From Tubulanus polymorphus (taxonomy: Eukaryota > Animalia > Nemertea): a DNA stretch of 64,000 nt. A program made the translations under genes and the position numbers. Shown one piece after another: positions 25,600 through 37,741 of this stretch. Position 1 is the first letter of the stretch. The number at the start of each line of letters is the position of its first letter. The DNA lies in the NCBI RefSeq assembly GCF_964204645.1, contig NC_134029.1, forward strand, positions 14,440,950-14,504,949. Reading direction: 5' to 3'. The notes under the pieces are model-generated. The model saw nothing but the letters and a program-made list of their open reading frames with translations, was not told where the DNA came from and made no database searches.

Positions 25600-26920
25600 A
25601 CCTTAGTTGAACTAATATCATAACATTATTCAAGATCAGAGTCAGCGAGGATTTATTGAAATAGTTGAAGATTTGGTTTCGGCCAGATCATATCTGGATA
25701 GGTCATGTCCAATACATACCACATCACACTATTATAAACAACAGTACCACTTAACCAATAACAGTAGTGTACGATTGTAGATGTCACATTCCTAGTAAAT
25801 CAAGTCTAGATGATTATTTACTCAAAGGCCCTTCTTTGATTAACTACCTAATTATGTTCGATTTTAATGCGTTTCAGGTTTCACACCTTAGCTCTTTGTT
25901 CAGATATTGGGATATTCATTTCAAATGCAACGTAAGAACGTCATTTAGAATTGAATCAGGGTGTGGTAAGTGATTACATGCGGCAAAATATCTATGCAGA
26001 TAATAACATTTCTGGCTGTTATTCAATTAGGGATTAGATCAGTTATTGTAAGCTTTTACGGGAATTATTTTTCTGAAGCTGGATTTAATCTAGGAGAGGG
26101 GAATTCGAACAGTATTCAGTTATGTAATTTAAAAAAGATTGATAATGTGTGTAGTGAAAAAAGAATTGTTAAGTTTAGTGTGGAATTCTGATTCATCAGA
26201 CTGATGAGATTAAGTTAGCGGACTTCCATAACCAAAAGAGACGTGGTCAGAAATTCTACTGAAATCTTCAATCCATTGGGATTTGTAACGCCAATCACTG
26301 TTAATGCAAAATTGTTCGTTCAGAAGTTGCAACTTGAAAAATTCGAACAGTAAACCATTTAGTGATGTTTTGATAGATGAACGGCGTTTGGTAAATTCAA
26401 ACTTGGCGTAGTCTTTATTTATCATTTCCCACGTTGGTATATGACAACTGGGGGTATAGGTGGAAAGTGTGAAGTTCACGGGTTCTCTGATTCGGGTAAA
26501 CACGCTTATGACACAGTTGCGTATTTAAATTACAACTAGCAAGTTTCGTTTCTAATGTCAAAAACTGAGTAGCACCTACAAAGGCTCGTAGTTAAGTATA
26601 CCAAAAATGGCATTGTTGGCTGCACTTCTAGATGCTAGATTATCAGATTTCATAAGGAATTCATTACTACGTAATTTGGAACTGGTTTTTCACTATTGGT
26701 GTGATAGTACAATAGCGTTGCAATGGATTATATCTAGTAAAGATTTATCTTCTTTCGTAGCAAATAGAGTCTCTGAAATAAGGAATTTAACATAGGTGGA
26801 TAATTGGTTTTTTGTGAGGGCATAAATAATCCGGCTGATTATTGTTGTCCCGAGGCTCATAATTTACGAGAAATTGATTTGTGGTGACAAGACCCACAAT
26901 TCCTATTATCTGGTCATTAT
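25600..26920 (+). pseudogene. BEL/Pao retrotransposon pol remnant, heavily decayed
   Basis: RGFIEIVE, YIPHH, SLDDYLLKGPSLIN, IFNPLGFVTPITVNAKLFVQKL, YWCDSTIALQWI, FVANRVSEIR, NPAD. Confidence 0.85.
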
Positions 26921-28886
26921 GAATCATTTGTAATTTGGGTAAGATTGATACTGATTAGTTTTTTTTGCAATAATCGAGTATCTGTGAATATTGCAGAGAA
27001 CTGTACTGTTGAAGAAACTAGGGACATCTGGTAAACAGTTGTTGAACGATTGTAGCGCGGGAATGATGGCAAAGTTGGGCGAGGGGATACGCTTGGCGTA
27101 CGACACGGCCAATTAACAAATTTTATCCTTTGGATATTTAAAGGCCAAGTAATTTTGGAGAATGAAAAGGTTGTCATCCCCTGTGCTATTGCTCTTCGTG
27201 TTTACACTTCTCGGCGTGCAAAAATTAATGCAAAGAAAATCATTTACTTTTCTTCTCGTCGGGCGGGCGATGACGAAGGTTAAATTGTTACTATTGATCA
27301 TAAGCTACAGTAGAATAATGTATATTAAAATGTATTTAAACTGAATGTTATATTGAAGTAGATAAAGTGTCAGATAATCTTGAATTAGAAATGCACTGAG
27401 TTTCACGCCTGATTATCTTGGGTTATATATATTTGAATAATAAAGTTTTCATGCAAAGCTGTTCTATTCTGTTCTGTATAGAAAAACTACGTTGTTCGTT
27501 CGTTCTCCCGTCTGGCGCGTCTATGATTTCGTCTGCCCACCAGGGAAACTACACAACTGACTCGGATTGACACGAATGATACCCTGTCCGGCCTATGAAG
27601 TAGAACAGAAAGATATAGTGAGAAACTTAAATTTATTTTCACTGCCAAGTGTAACCGGCTGGTTGTTGTATCGGCAGGCTGGCTGGGGAACTAGCATTTA
27701 CACCAGCGGTACAGGATTCCATCCATTAGGAACAAGGCATTTAAACCTTATATGTACAATCTTTATTGCATCCCGGAATGAGAATGATTATCATAACTTT
27801 ACATTGTCTTTGTATACAGAATCATGAGTATAATGTGAGAACTAGGTGTCAGATAATTTGTCGACATCAGGACTGACAAACTAACACCTAGTGACATATT
27901 TGAGAGACATAATTATTGATGAGCACTGACTAAAGCTAATTACTATGAAAACATATTGAGTTATGTCACATGTTGATTACGATTAAAGCACATTTATATA
28001 ATTCATAAGTTATATTACATTATTAATACTATTATTATTAGGCCAGCCATAGGGTGAGCCTATTACTATACAAATGGAGCGATTTTAAATGACATGGTTT
28101 TCAGATGGCATGGTTTTTACTGTGCAACTGAGCATGTATTCATACAAATCATTCATTAGAGCATTATCCATTCTCCAAACTCTACGTAGCTGAATTTTGA
28201 AATAGGGCCTCGTTAAAATCTATATGAGCTTTTTGGCGAATATCTGATCGCAAAAATATTGGTTTTGTAAAGCCAATCAGAAAGCAAAGACTCCTCTATG
28301 ATTGGCTTAGCCGCAGAAATCAGCAGGTGTTCAAGTTCAAGTTCAAATTTATTTCACAGAAAGCATAACAGGCTATGTACACAGGTTGAGAGAAAAAAAA
28401 CAATAAAAGGGATTTATTTTCAGATCTAAAATTGTATTTCAAGATCGATTTCTGTGAAAGCTTTAGTTGATTTGGTTGGGAGGAATATTTTTATCAGCAC
28501 TACAGAAAATATCATCGACCATTTTGCAGTCCGGGAAAAATAGCTTTTTCTTAAATCGGATAGATGATATGCTAATTGATATTCTAATTAGCCATGTGCT
28601 CGAACTACAAATTTTATTCTATAAAAAATAGCAAATCCAATTCAATTTTACTTTATTGAAAAAATAAAGACATCAAATCCAATTCAATTTTGTTTTATTG
28701 AGCAAATTTCAGAAAATTCAATTCTATTCCGCATCAAATTCAATAAGACCAAGGGAAAAGATTTATCTCAGGTATTTGATCCTGCCAGATTCAGTCGCTG
28801 TCTGTGCTACTTTTGTATTCTACGATTGTATTGTGTAAATTATTGACTCTGAGCTGGGAGTGTACATGTATATAATACAAAATATA

Positions 28887-31805
28887 ATTAGTTAACTAAA
28901 TCAAAACCAATCGATGAAAATAATTTATCATATTATAAAGATGATAATATTAATGGATCAAGTTGTATCAAATTACCATTTAAAACTAATGCTGTTATAA
29001 ATGTACAAAATTCTGATGATAAATGTTTTCTATGGTCAATAATTAGTTGCTTACACCCTGCAACTGATAATATTTGTAGGTTAACACATTGTAAACCATT
29101 TGAAAATAATTATAAGATAGATAATTATCCAGTTAGAATTAAAAATATTCCAAAAATAGAAAGAGATTATAATATAAAGATAAATGTATTCGATTTAATC
29201 AAATTACCAAAAACAAAATGTAATAATATTAAACATTTTACATTAGAACCTTTATACCTATCAAAAGATTATGATTCAAATGGTGTTATAGATATATTAT
29301 ATTATGAGAATCATTATATGTGGATTAAAAGAATTGATTTATTTTTTCAATCAGAAAATGATTTTGATAATAAAATATATCTATGTAGAAAATGTATAAC
29401 TAGATTTAGAACTTGAAGTGCATTATTAAATCATAAACAATTTTGTGAAAATCATGATTATTGTAAAATGATTTTAGCAAATGAAAAGGATAAAGTATTA
29501 GAATTCAAAAAATATGATTACAAGAATAAAGTACCATTTGTAATATATGGAGATTTTGAATCATTGAATAAAGAATTAACTGATCAAGATAGAAAAGAAA
29601 TATATCATAAAAGAAAGAAATTAAATTCTAATGCAAATGATATAATTGATTATTCAGATCCTCTAATAACAAATACTATTAAAAAGATTCATCAAAGTGC
29701 TGCAGCTTTTGGATTATATATAAAATCTGATTATCCAGAACTAATCAAAAGTGAATATTATAATTATAGAAATGAAAATGTTATCAATCATTTTTGTGAC
29801 TTATTAATTGAGTATGAAATCAAATTTAATGAAAAGTTAAATGAAAATAAAGAAATAATTATGACAGAAGAAGATAAAAAAGAATTTGATTTAGCAGATA
29901 AATGTTATTATTGTGAAAAGATATTTAATATTAAAGATAAAAAAGTTAGAGACCATGATCATTTGAATGGAAAGTTAATGAGAATTGTAACTTACAAGCA
30001 AAGAAAATTGACTTTGTTCCAGTAATATTTCATAATTTATCAGGGTATGATGCACATTTATTCATCAAGCAACTGTGCCATGAAATAGAAATCAATAATG
30101 AAATAGAAAGAGTAAATTCAAATAGATCAAAGATAAAATACCAACATATAAATTTAAAATGTTAGCTAAAACATCTGAGAATTATATATCTTTCCAATTT
30201 GGGTGTCTAAGATTTATAGATTCATATAGATTTTTAAGCAGTTCATTAGAAAATTTATCAAAATCATTAGTTGATGATGAATTAAAAATATTAAAGCAAC
30301 ACTATCCAAATAATGATGATTTTCAATTAATGAGATATAAAGGAGCAATTCCATATTCATTTTATAAATCGCACAATGATTTCAATATAACTGAATTATT
30401 AAAAGAACAATTCTATGATGAATTAAAAATGAATATGTTAAAGATGAAGTTTATAATAGAACATTGAATATCTGGAATCATTTTGGAATAAAAAATCATG
30501 GAGGATAAGTAGATCTATATTCAAAATCAGATGTATTATTATTAACTGATATATTTGAAAGGTTTAGAAATGTAATCTAAAATATTTTAATATTGATCCA
30601 TGTCATTGTTATTCTAGCCCAGGTTTAACTTGGGACCGTGGTTTAAAATTTACAGATATAAAAATGCATTTATTGACAAATATAGATAGATCAATTATTA
30701 TTATTTGAAAAATCTATAAGAGGAGGAGTTTCGAGTGTACTAGGTGATAGCTATTTCAATGTAAATGATAACCCTGGATATTATATATAGATGCATATAA
30801 TCTATATGGTTGGGCAATGATGGAACCACAGCCTTATGGAGTATTTGAAATAACTGAAGTTTTACAGTATGAAAATAATGATAAATTTGATTGGAAGAAA
30901 AGAATTCTAGATATTGCAGATGATTCAGATACTAGTTACTTCTTTGTTGTAGATTTAGAATACCCTGAAGATAAAAAATTTAAATCTAGAAATCTAGCAT
31001 ACTGTCCCCAACATAAAACTGTTACGCATGAAGAATTGTCAAATTACCAAAAAAGAATTAAACCCGAAAATCATATTCAAACTGAAAAGTTAATGGTAAC
31101 TCAGGAAGATGAATATAATTATGTAGTGCATTATAGAATGTTGAAGTTTTATTTGAATCAAGGAATGGTTCTAAAAAAAGTACACAGATATATTTCATTC
31201 AGTCAATCTAAATGGTTAGAAAAATATATAGATTTTAACACCAAACAGAGAACTAAAGCCAAAACTGATTTTGAGAAAGATTTCTTCAAACTAATGAATA
31301 ATGCATTCTATGGTAAGACTTGTGAAAATATTAGAAATAGAAATGATATTGAGTTAGTTAGCAATGGTAAAGAAATTAGACATTTACAAACATATCCTAA
31401 ATTCATTGGTAACAGAATATTTGATAAAAATTTAGCTGCAGTTAAAATGAGGAGAACTTCTATGAAGTTCAATAAACCAATTTATGTTGGTGCTTCAGTT
31501 TTAGAAATATCAAAGTTACTAATGTATGAATATAATTCTACTATAACGTATTACAACCTCATTTTGGAGGAAGCATATAGAAATCTTATATTTTGATACT
31601 GACAGTTACATATTGAAGATAAAAACTAATAACATAACAGATGATTTAAAAACATTAAAACATCATTTTGATATCAGTAACTATCCAAAAGATCATGAAT
31701 TGTTTAACAATGATAATAAAAAGGTGCCCGGTAAATTCAAAGATGAATTAGGAGGTGAAGAAATGATTGAATTTATAGGTATTCGATCTAAAATGTATTC
31801 ATATA
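28887..31805 (+). pseudogene. Polinton copy A protein-primed DNA polymerase B, 5'-truncated and frameshifted, interrupted at MYSY by copy B
   Basis: INVQNSDDKCFLWSI...NHYMWIK (OTU-like protease region), YGDFES exonuclease, RDHDHLNG EndoVII-like insert, KLMNNAFYGK, GKFKDE. Confidence 0.93.
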
Positions 31806-32310
31806 AGTAATAGGGATAATGGGCTTTCATACCAAAGGTCGAAAGGTCGAGCTCATAAAAAATGAAAAATATGAAACTAATAACAATTTCTATTTGAATT
31901 AGTAGCGAAACTCATATAAAATGAAAAATAATTCTCGCACACTCGAATTTATTTTTCATTTTATATGAGTGTCACTCCTAATTCAAAAAAAAATTATTAT
32001 TATTCTCATATTTTTCATTTTTTACTCACTAGCCCTTTCAACCTTTGATATGAAAGCCCATTATCCCTATTACTCTTAAAATATTTATATACATGAATAA
32101 AATATATATGAATAACATATAAATTGATAGATTATTCAATATAAAAGTGTGAGTAAAGTGAAAGCTCTTATAGAATAGATATATAGATATATTTACAACA
32201 TTATTTCAATATTCATATTTGTATGAGTTAGATGTTTAAACATTAAAAGTGTTAGTAAAGTGTGATTGAAATAATTCATATTTAAATCATTGAACTTCTA
32301 AAATCAATTT
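31806..32310 (+). repeat. Left terminal inverted repeat of Polinton copy B (about 505 bp); first 269 bp form a fold-back palindrome
   Basis: Starts AGTAATAG after CATATA (31800-31805); near-identical to 61254-61759, after which the two copies enter different genes. Confidence 0.88.
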
Positions 32311-32332
32311 TAATAAAAAATTTAGTATTAAA

Positions 32333-35105
32333 ATGGAAGCAAATACATTACATTATTAAATCATAAACAATTATGTGAAAATCATGATTATTGTAAATTA
32401 GTTTTACCAAATGAAAAGGATAAAATATTAGAATTCAAAAAATATGATTACAAAAATAAAGTTCCATTTTTTATATATGGAGATTTTGAATCATTAAATA
32501 AAGAATTAACTGATCAAGATAGAAAAGAAATATATTATAAAAGAAAGAAATTAAATTCTAATGAAAATGATTTTTCAGATGAACCACCAAAAACAAATAC
32601 AATTAAAAAGATTCATCAATCAGCTGCAGCTTTCGGGTTATATATAAAATCTGATTATCCAGAACTAATTAAAAGTGAATATTATCATTATAGAAATGAA
32701 AATGTTATCAATCATTTTTGTGACTTATTAATTGAATATGAAATAAGATTTAGTAAATTATTGAATACAAATATAGAAATTATAATGACAGAAGAAGATA
32801 AAGAAGAATTTGTGTTTTCAGGTAAATGTTATTATTGTGAAAAGATATTTCATTATAAAGATAAAAAAGTAAGAGACCATGATCATTTGAATGGAAAGTT
32901 TAGAGGCGCTGCACATGAGAATTGTAACTTACAAGCTAAGAAAATTAACTAATAAGTACCAGTTATATTTCATAATCTATCAGGATATGATGCACATTTA
33001 TTCATCAAACAGTTATGCCATAAAATAGAAGAAATTAATAATGAAATAGAAACATTAAATTCAAATAGATCAAAAGATAAAATACCAACTTATAAATTTA
33101 GAATGTTAGCTAAAACATCTGAGAATTATATATCATTCCAATTTGGGTGTTTAAGATTTATAGATTCATATAGATTTTTAAATAGTTCATTAGATAACTT
33201 ATCAAAATCATTAGTTGATGATGAATTAAAGATATTAAAAGAATATTACCCAAATAATGATGATTTTCAATTAATGAGATATAAAGGAGCAATTCCATAT
33301 TCATTTTATAAGAATCATAATGATTTTAACATAACTGAATTATTAAAAGAACAATTCTATGATGAATTAAAAAATGAATATGTTAAAGATGAAGTATATA
33401 ATAGAACATTGAATATTTGGAATCATTTCAAAATAGAAAATCATGGGCAATTAGTAGATTTATATCTAAAGTCAGATGTATTATTATTAACCGATATATT
33501 CGAAAGGTTTAGAGATGTAAACCTAAAATATTTTAACATTGATCCTTGTCATTGTTATTCATCACCAGGTTTAACATGGGATTGTGGTTTAAAATTTACA
33601 GATATAAGAATGGATTTGTTAACAAATATAGATCAATTACTATTATTTGAAAAATCTATAAGAGGAGGAGTTTCAGGTGTATTAGGCGATAGATATTTCA
33701 ATGTAAATGATAACCCTGGATATAAGTTATTATATATAGATGCAAATAATTTGTATGGTTGGGCAATGATGGAACCACAACCTTATGGAGTATTTGAATT
33801 AACTGAAGTTTTACAGAATGAAAATAATGATAAATTTGATTGGAAGAAAACAATTCTAGATATTGCAGATGATTCAGATACTGGTTACTTCTTTGTTGTA
33901 GATTTAGAATATCCTGAAGATAAAAAATTTAGATCTAGAAATCTAGCTTACTGTCCCGAACATAAAACTGTAACTCATGAAGAATTATCAAATTACCAAA
34001 AAAGAATTAAACCCGAAAATCATATTCATACAGAAAAGTTAATGGTAACTCAGGAAGATAAATATAATTATGTAGTACATTACAGAATGTTAAAGTTTTA
34101 TCTAAAACAAGGAATGATTCTAAAAAAAGTACATAGATATATTTCATTCAGCCAATCTAAGTGGTTACAAAAATATATAGATTTTAACACCAAACAGAGA
34201 ACTAAAGCTAAAACTGATTTCGAAAAAGATTTCTTCAAGTTAATGAATAATGCATTCTATGGTAAGACTTGTGAAAATATTAGAAATAGAAATGATATTG
34301 AGTTAGTTAGTAATGGCAAAAGGATAAGGCATTTACAATCATATCCTAAGTTTTTAGGTAACAGAATATTTGATGAAAATTTAGCTGCAGTTAAGATGAG
34401 AAGAACATCAATGAAATTTAATAAACCAATCTATGTTGGCGCTTCAGTTTTAGAATTATCAAAATTACTAATGTATGAATTCTATTATAATGTATTACAA
34501 CCACTTTTTGGAGAAAAGCATATAGAAATTCTATACTTTGATACAGATTCTTACATATAAAACAATAATAATAATAATAAACAATAATAATACAGATAAA
34601 AACTAATAACATAACAGATGATTTAAAAACATTAAAACATCATTTTGATTTTAGTAACTATCCTAAAGATCATGAATTGTTTAGCAATGATAATAAAAAA
34701 GTTCCTGGTAAATTCAAAGATGAATTAGGCGGTGAAGAAATGATTGAATTCATTGGTATTAGATCTAAAATGGATTCATATAAAACTAAAGAACATGAAG
34801 CTAAAAAGTTAAAAGGAATAACCAAAAGTGTAGTAGAAAAGAATATTCATTTCAAAGATTACATCAATTGTATATTCAATGAAGAAGTTAGAAAACATAA
34901 GATGAGATGTTTAAGATCTGAGTACCACGAAATGTTTATTGAAGAAATTGAAAAGATAAGTCTAAACCCATTTGATGATAAAAGATATATTTTAGATGAT
35001 GGAATTCATACAGTTTCTTATGGTTGCAATTTAGATGAATACTTAAAATTTAAAAGAGAAGAAACAAAAGAGAACGAGATAATGAAAAGAATTCTAACGT
35101 GTTAA
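32333..35105 (+). pseudogene. Polinton copy B pPolB with N-terminal deletion, one stop and a microsatellite insertion at about 34557-34595
   Basis: VIFHNLSGYDAH, YIDANNLYG, KLMNNAFYGK, YFDTDS, LNPFDDKRY; ATG 32333 joins at about 32350 to sequence matching copy A 29421. Confidence 0.93.
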
Positions 35106-35134
35106 TCAAATTTTAATAAAAATATGTTATTAAA

Positions 35135-35488
35135 ATGGAGAGTAAACAAACACACAGTGAGAACAACAAATCATTTCTAGATAGAATAAAAGATACTTCA
35201 AACGTCAAATCAGTAGATTATAAATTTAAGAAGTTAAAAGAATTAATAATCCATAAGAAATATCTAATTACAAATATTGATACAGTTACTAATAACTATG
35301 GAGATAAATTAGTTATACACTTAGAATATGAAGGATTAAAAGGAAATACATATAAATTCAGAACATATTTACCAGATAGATTTCATAGATTATCAAGTGA
35401 AGATTTTGAAGAATTATGTTCTGGAGATTTCTACTTCGTATACAAAGGTAAGAATGAAAAAGGGCATCATGAAATAGATTTCGAATAA
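35135..35488 (+). CDS. Polinton 117-aa protein downstream of pPolB, possibly OB-fold/SSB-like
   Basis: Intact in both copies (paralog 46044-46397); beta-rich pattern with YLPDRF. The function is inference only. Confidence 0.7.
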   Translation: MESKQTHSENNKSFLDRIKDTSNVKSVDYKFKKLKELIIHKKYLITNIDTVTNNYGDKLVIHLEYEGLKGNTYKFRTYLPDRFHRLSSEDFEELCSGDFYFVYKGKNEKGHHEIDFE

Positions 35489-35502
35489 AATATGTAAAAT
35501 AA

Positions 35503-36262
35503 ATGGTGGAATTAAAAGAATACAGAATATTTGTTGATTCTAGAAGGCTTACAGATTATAAATCACATAATTTACTAGTACAATTAGATAGAGAATTTAA
35601 GAATTGTGTAGATTTAAAATTAGTTAATATAAGTTTATGTAATTCTTTTTATAATATATCGGATAAAACTGTTGAACATAGAGCTTTTTTAATTTTTAAT
35701 AAAAATAAAAATGAATGGGCCTATATATATTTAAAACCGGGGTTATATAATTTAGATACATTGGCACAAGAAATTAATAGAAAAGCCTGGCACAAGTCAG
35801 GTAATAATTCCGGGTTTAATATTAGATTTTTAAAAAGTGAGAGTACTGACAAAATAAAGATAAGGTTGTCTGATATTGAAAAACATGCATTTATGGTAAA
35901 AAAAACCTATAGCTAAACTGTTGGGAATTCCTCCAGATAAATCTTTTACAAATATTGATGCTACACCAAACTTAATACCTTTTACACACTTTTATATCTA
36001 TTGCAATTTAATCGATCCTACAAAAACATTCGAAGCAACTAAAGATATAACTTGTAATTCTGGTTTACTTAACATTTTACCATTGAAGAATGTTAAAGAA
36101 TTTGGAACGCAAATAAATTATAATTTAACAGAATGTGATTTCAAACCATGCATTCCTCGTTTTAATAATTTTAGATTAGAAATTAGAAATCACAATGGAT
36201 ACTTAATTGATTTAAATAATTTCCCTGTAATTTATGAATTAGTTATAAGATGTAGAGAGTAA
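35503..36262 (+). pseudogene. Minor capsid protein (penton, single jelly roll), one frameshift
   Basis: About 250 aa: IFVDSR, SFYNIS, LKPGLYNLDTL, FYIYCNLI, LLNILPL, LEIRNHNGYLIDLNN, the pattern of Polinton/PLV pentons. Confidence 0.8.
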
Positions 36263-36602
36263 TTTTTTCACTATATTAATGAATATAACTGTTGGACAGA
36301 GTATATGTTTTGGGTTTGATTTAAACATGGTAAAGAAATGAGAATTAAACTAAATGATGTAATTACTGATATAAAAAGTAAATCATTTAACAATGCATCA
36401 ATGATTAATAAAGAAAATTATAATATAGAAAAAGTAATTGATTTAATTAAAACACCTTTAGAATATTATGAATTATTGATGATATTAAAAACATATTAAC
36501 CAAAATATATGATAATCATAAAAGTAGTAATGAAATAAATGTTGAAATAATCATAAATAAGTTAACTAAATATTTTGATGATAGTAATTTTTTGATAAAT
36601 AA

Positions 36603-36824
36603 ATGAGTGATAATAAGTGGATAATAACTGGATTATATAATGGAGCATTACTATCAGTTGGAACTGTTGGTTATTCAATGGTATTAAAAAAAGTATTTAA
36701 AATGGGAAGTGTTAATGTTGATAGATTTGATATCAATGATATTTTAAAATTAACATTAGCAGTTACTTTATCTAATTTAACTATTGATTATTTAGAAAAA
36801 CAAAAATATATTCCTCCCATATAA
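36603..36824 (+). CDS. Polinton 73-aa hydrophobic protein
   Basis: Intact ORF with TAAATG start; homolog at about 44697-44918 on the minus strand. Confidence 0.7.
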   Translation: MSDNKWIITGLYNGALLSVGTVGYSMVLKKVFKMGSVNVDRFDINDILKLTLAVTLSNLTIDYLEKQKYIPPI

Positions 36825-36848
36825 ATGCGTAATTTTTTTGCTAAATAA

Positions 36849-37271
36849 ATGGCTTCTGCAATTATAACTATTATAGGATCAGCAATTGTTAACGCTTTAG
36901 CATTTACTGGTGGCGGATATTTATTTAAGCATATTGATAAAAATAGTTCATTAGGAGAACAAAGAGGACATAACTTAGCATTAGAGAAATACAATAAAGC
37001 AGCAGAAGAATATAGAGAAAAACGACAAAACTATATGGATTATATTAACAAGGAATTATATGATCAGAAGATTTCACATAGAGATTTTCAATCAGTCGAT
37101 GATGCAATGAGTTTATATAACGCAGTAACCAATAAAGAAAAATTACATCTATACAAACCTAAATTATCAGATTATTATACCCCAAGTAAAGAACAACAGA
37201 AATATGAAATAATTTGGATTTTAGGTGGAACAGTTGTTGCTATATTTGTTGCTTATAAGTTTACTAATTAG
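36849..37271 (+). CDS. Polinton 140-aa protein with hydrophobic N- and C-termini and central coiled coil
   Basis: MASAIITIIGSAIVNALAFTGGGYLF...IIWILGGTVVAIFVAYKF; homolog at about 44253-44670 on the minus strand. Confidence 0.75.
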   Translation: MASAIITIIGSAIVNALAFTGGGYLFKHIDKNSSLGEQRGHNLALEKYNKAAEEYREKRQNYMDYINKELYDQKISHRDFQSVDDAMSLYNAVTNKEKLHLYKPKLSDYYTPSKEQQKYEIIWILGGTVVAIFVAYKFTN

Positions 37272-37291
37272 TAATTTTTTTTCTAAATAAG

Positions 37292-37725
37292 AGGAAGATA
37301 AAGTTGATAGTATTGATATTATTCCTCATGATATAAATAAGACTAAATTAAAAACATATTTAGAAAAACAAATATTAGAATTTGAAAGTGACTTAAAGAT
37401 AAAAAAGAAAAAATATTTAAAATCTAAAATTATATATTATTTGATTATAAGTGGTTCGGTTACAATTAGTTCTGTAATAACATTTCTAGCAATATTCAGC
37501 CCATTAACACCTTTAGCTATATCAATTGGTGTATTAGGATTAAGTTCAAGTGTATTAACTGGTATCAGTTCAAAATTAAATATAAAAAATAATAAAGAAA
37601 AAATTAAAACTAATATAAAAGAAATTAATAAATTAAAGAATACACTAGATTATATAATAAGTTTAAATGGTCATATAACAGTTGAAGAACAAGATAAATT
37701 ATTAAAAGAATTAATAAATTATTAA
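37292..37725 (+). pseudogene. Polinton two-TM protein; start codon lost in copy B (intact ATG at 44229 in copy A)
   Basis: IISGSVTISSVITFLAIFSPLTPLAISIGVLGLSSSVL; the copy A homolog is split by a HINE. Confidence 0.65.
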
Positions 37726-37741
37726 TTTTTTAATTATATAA

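Noticed and set aside
27051-27550. Possible solo LTR (TGTAG...CTACA)
   Set aside because: No matching TSD, PBS or second copy in the window.
31806-32074. The palindrome as an ordinary Tc1/mariner MITE inserted twice
   Set aside because: Both copies share about 235 further bp on the inner side and only the outer sides carry the matching 6-bp TSD, so it behaves as part of the Polinton TIR; an ancestral MITE origin is not excluded.
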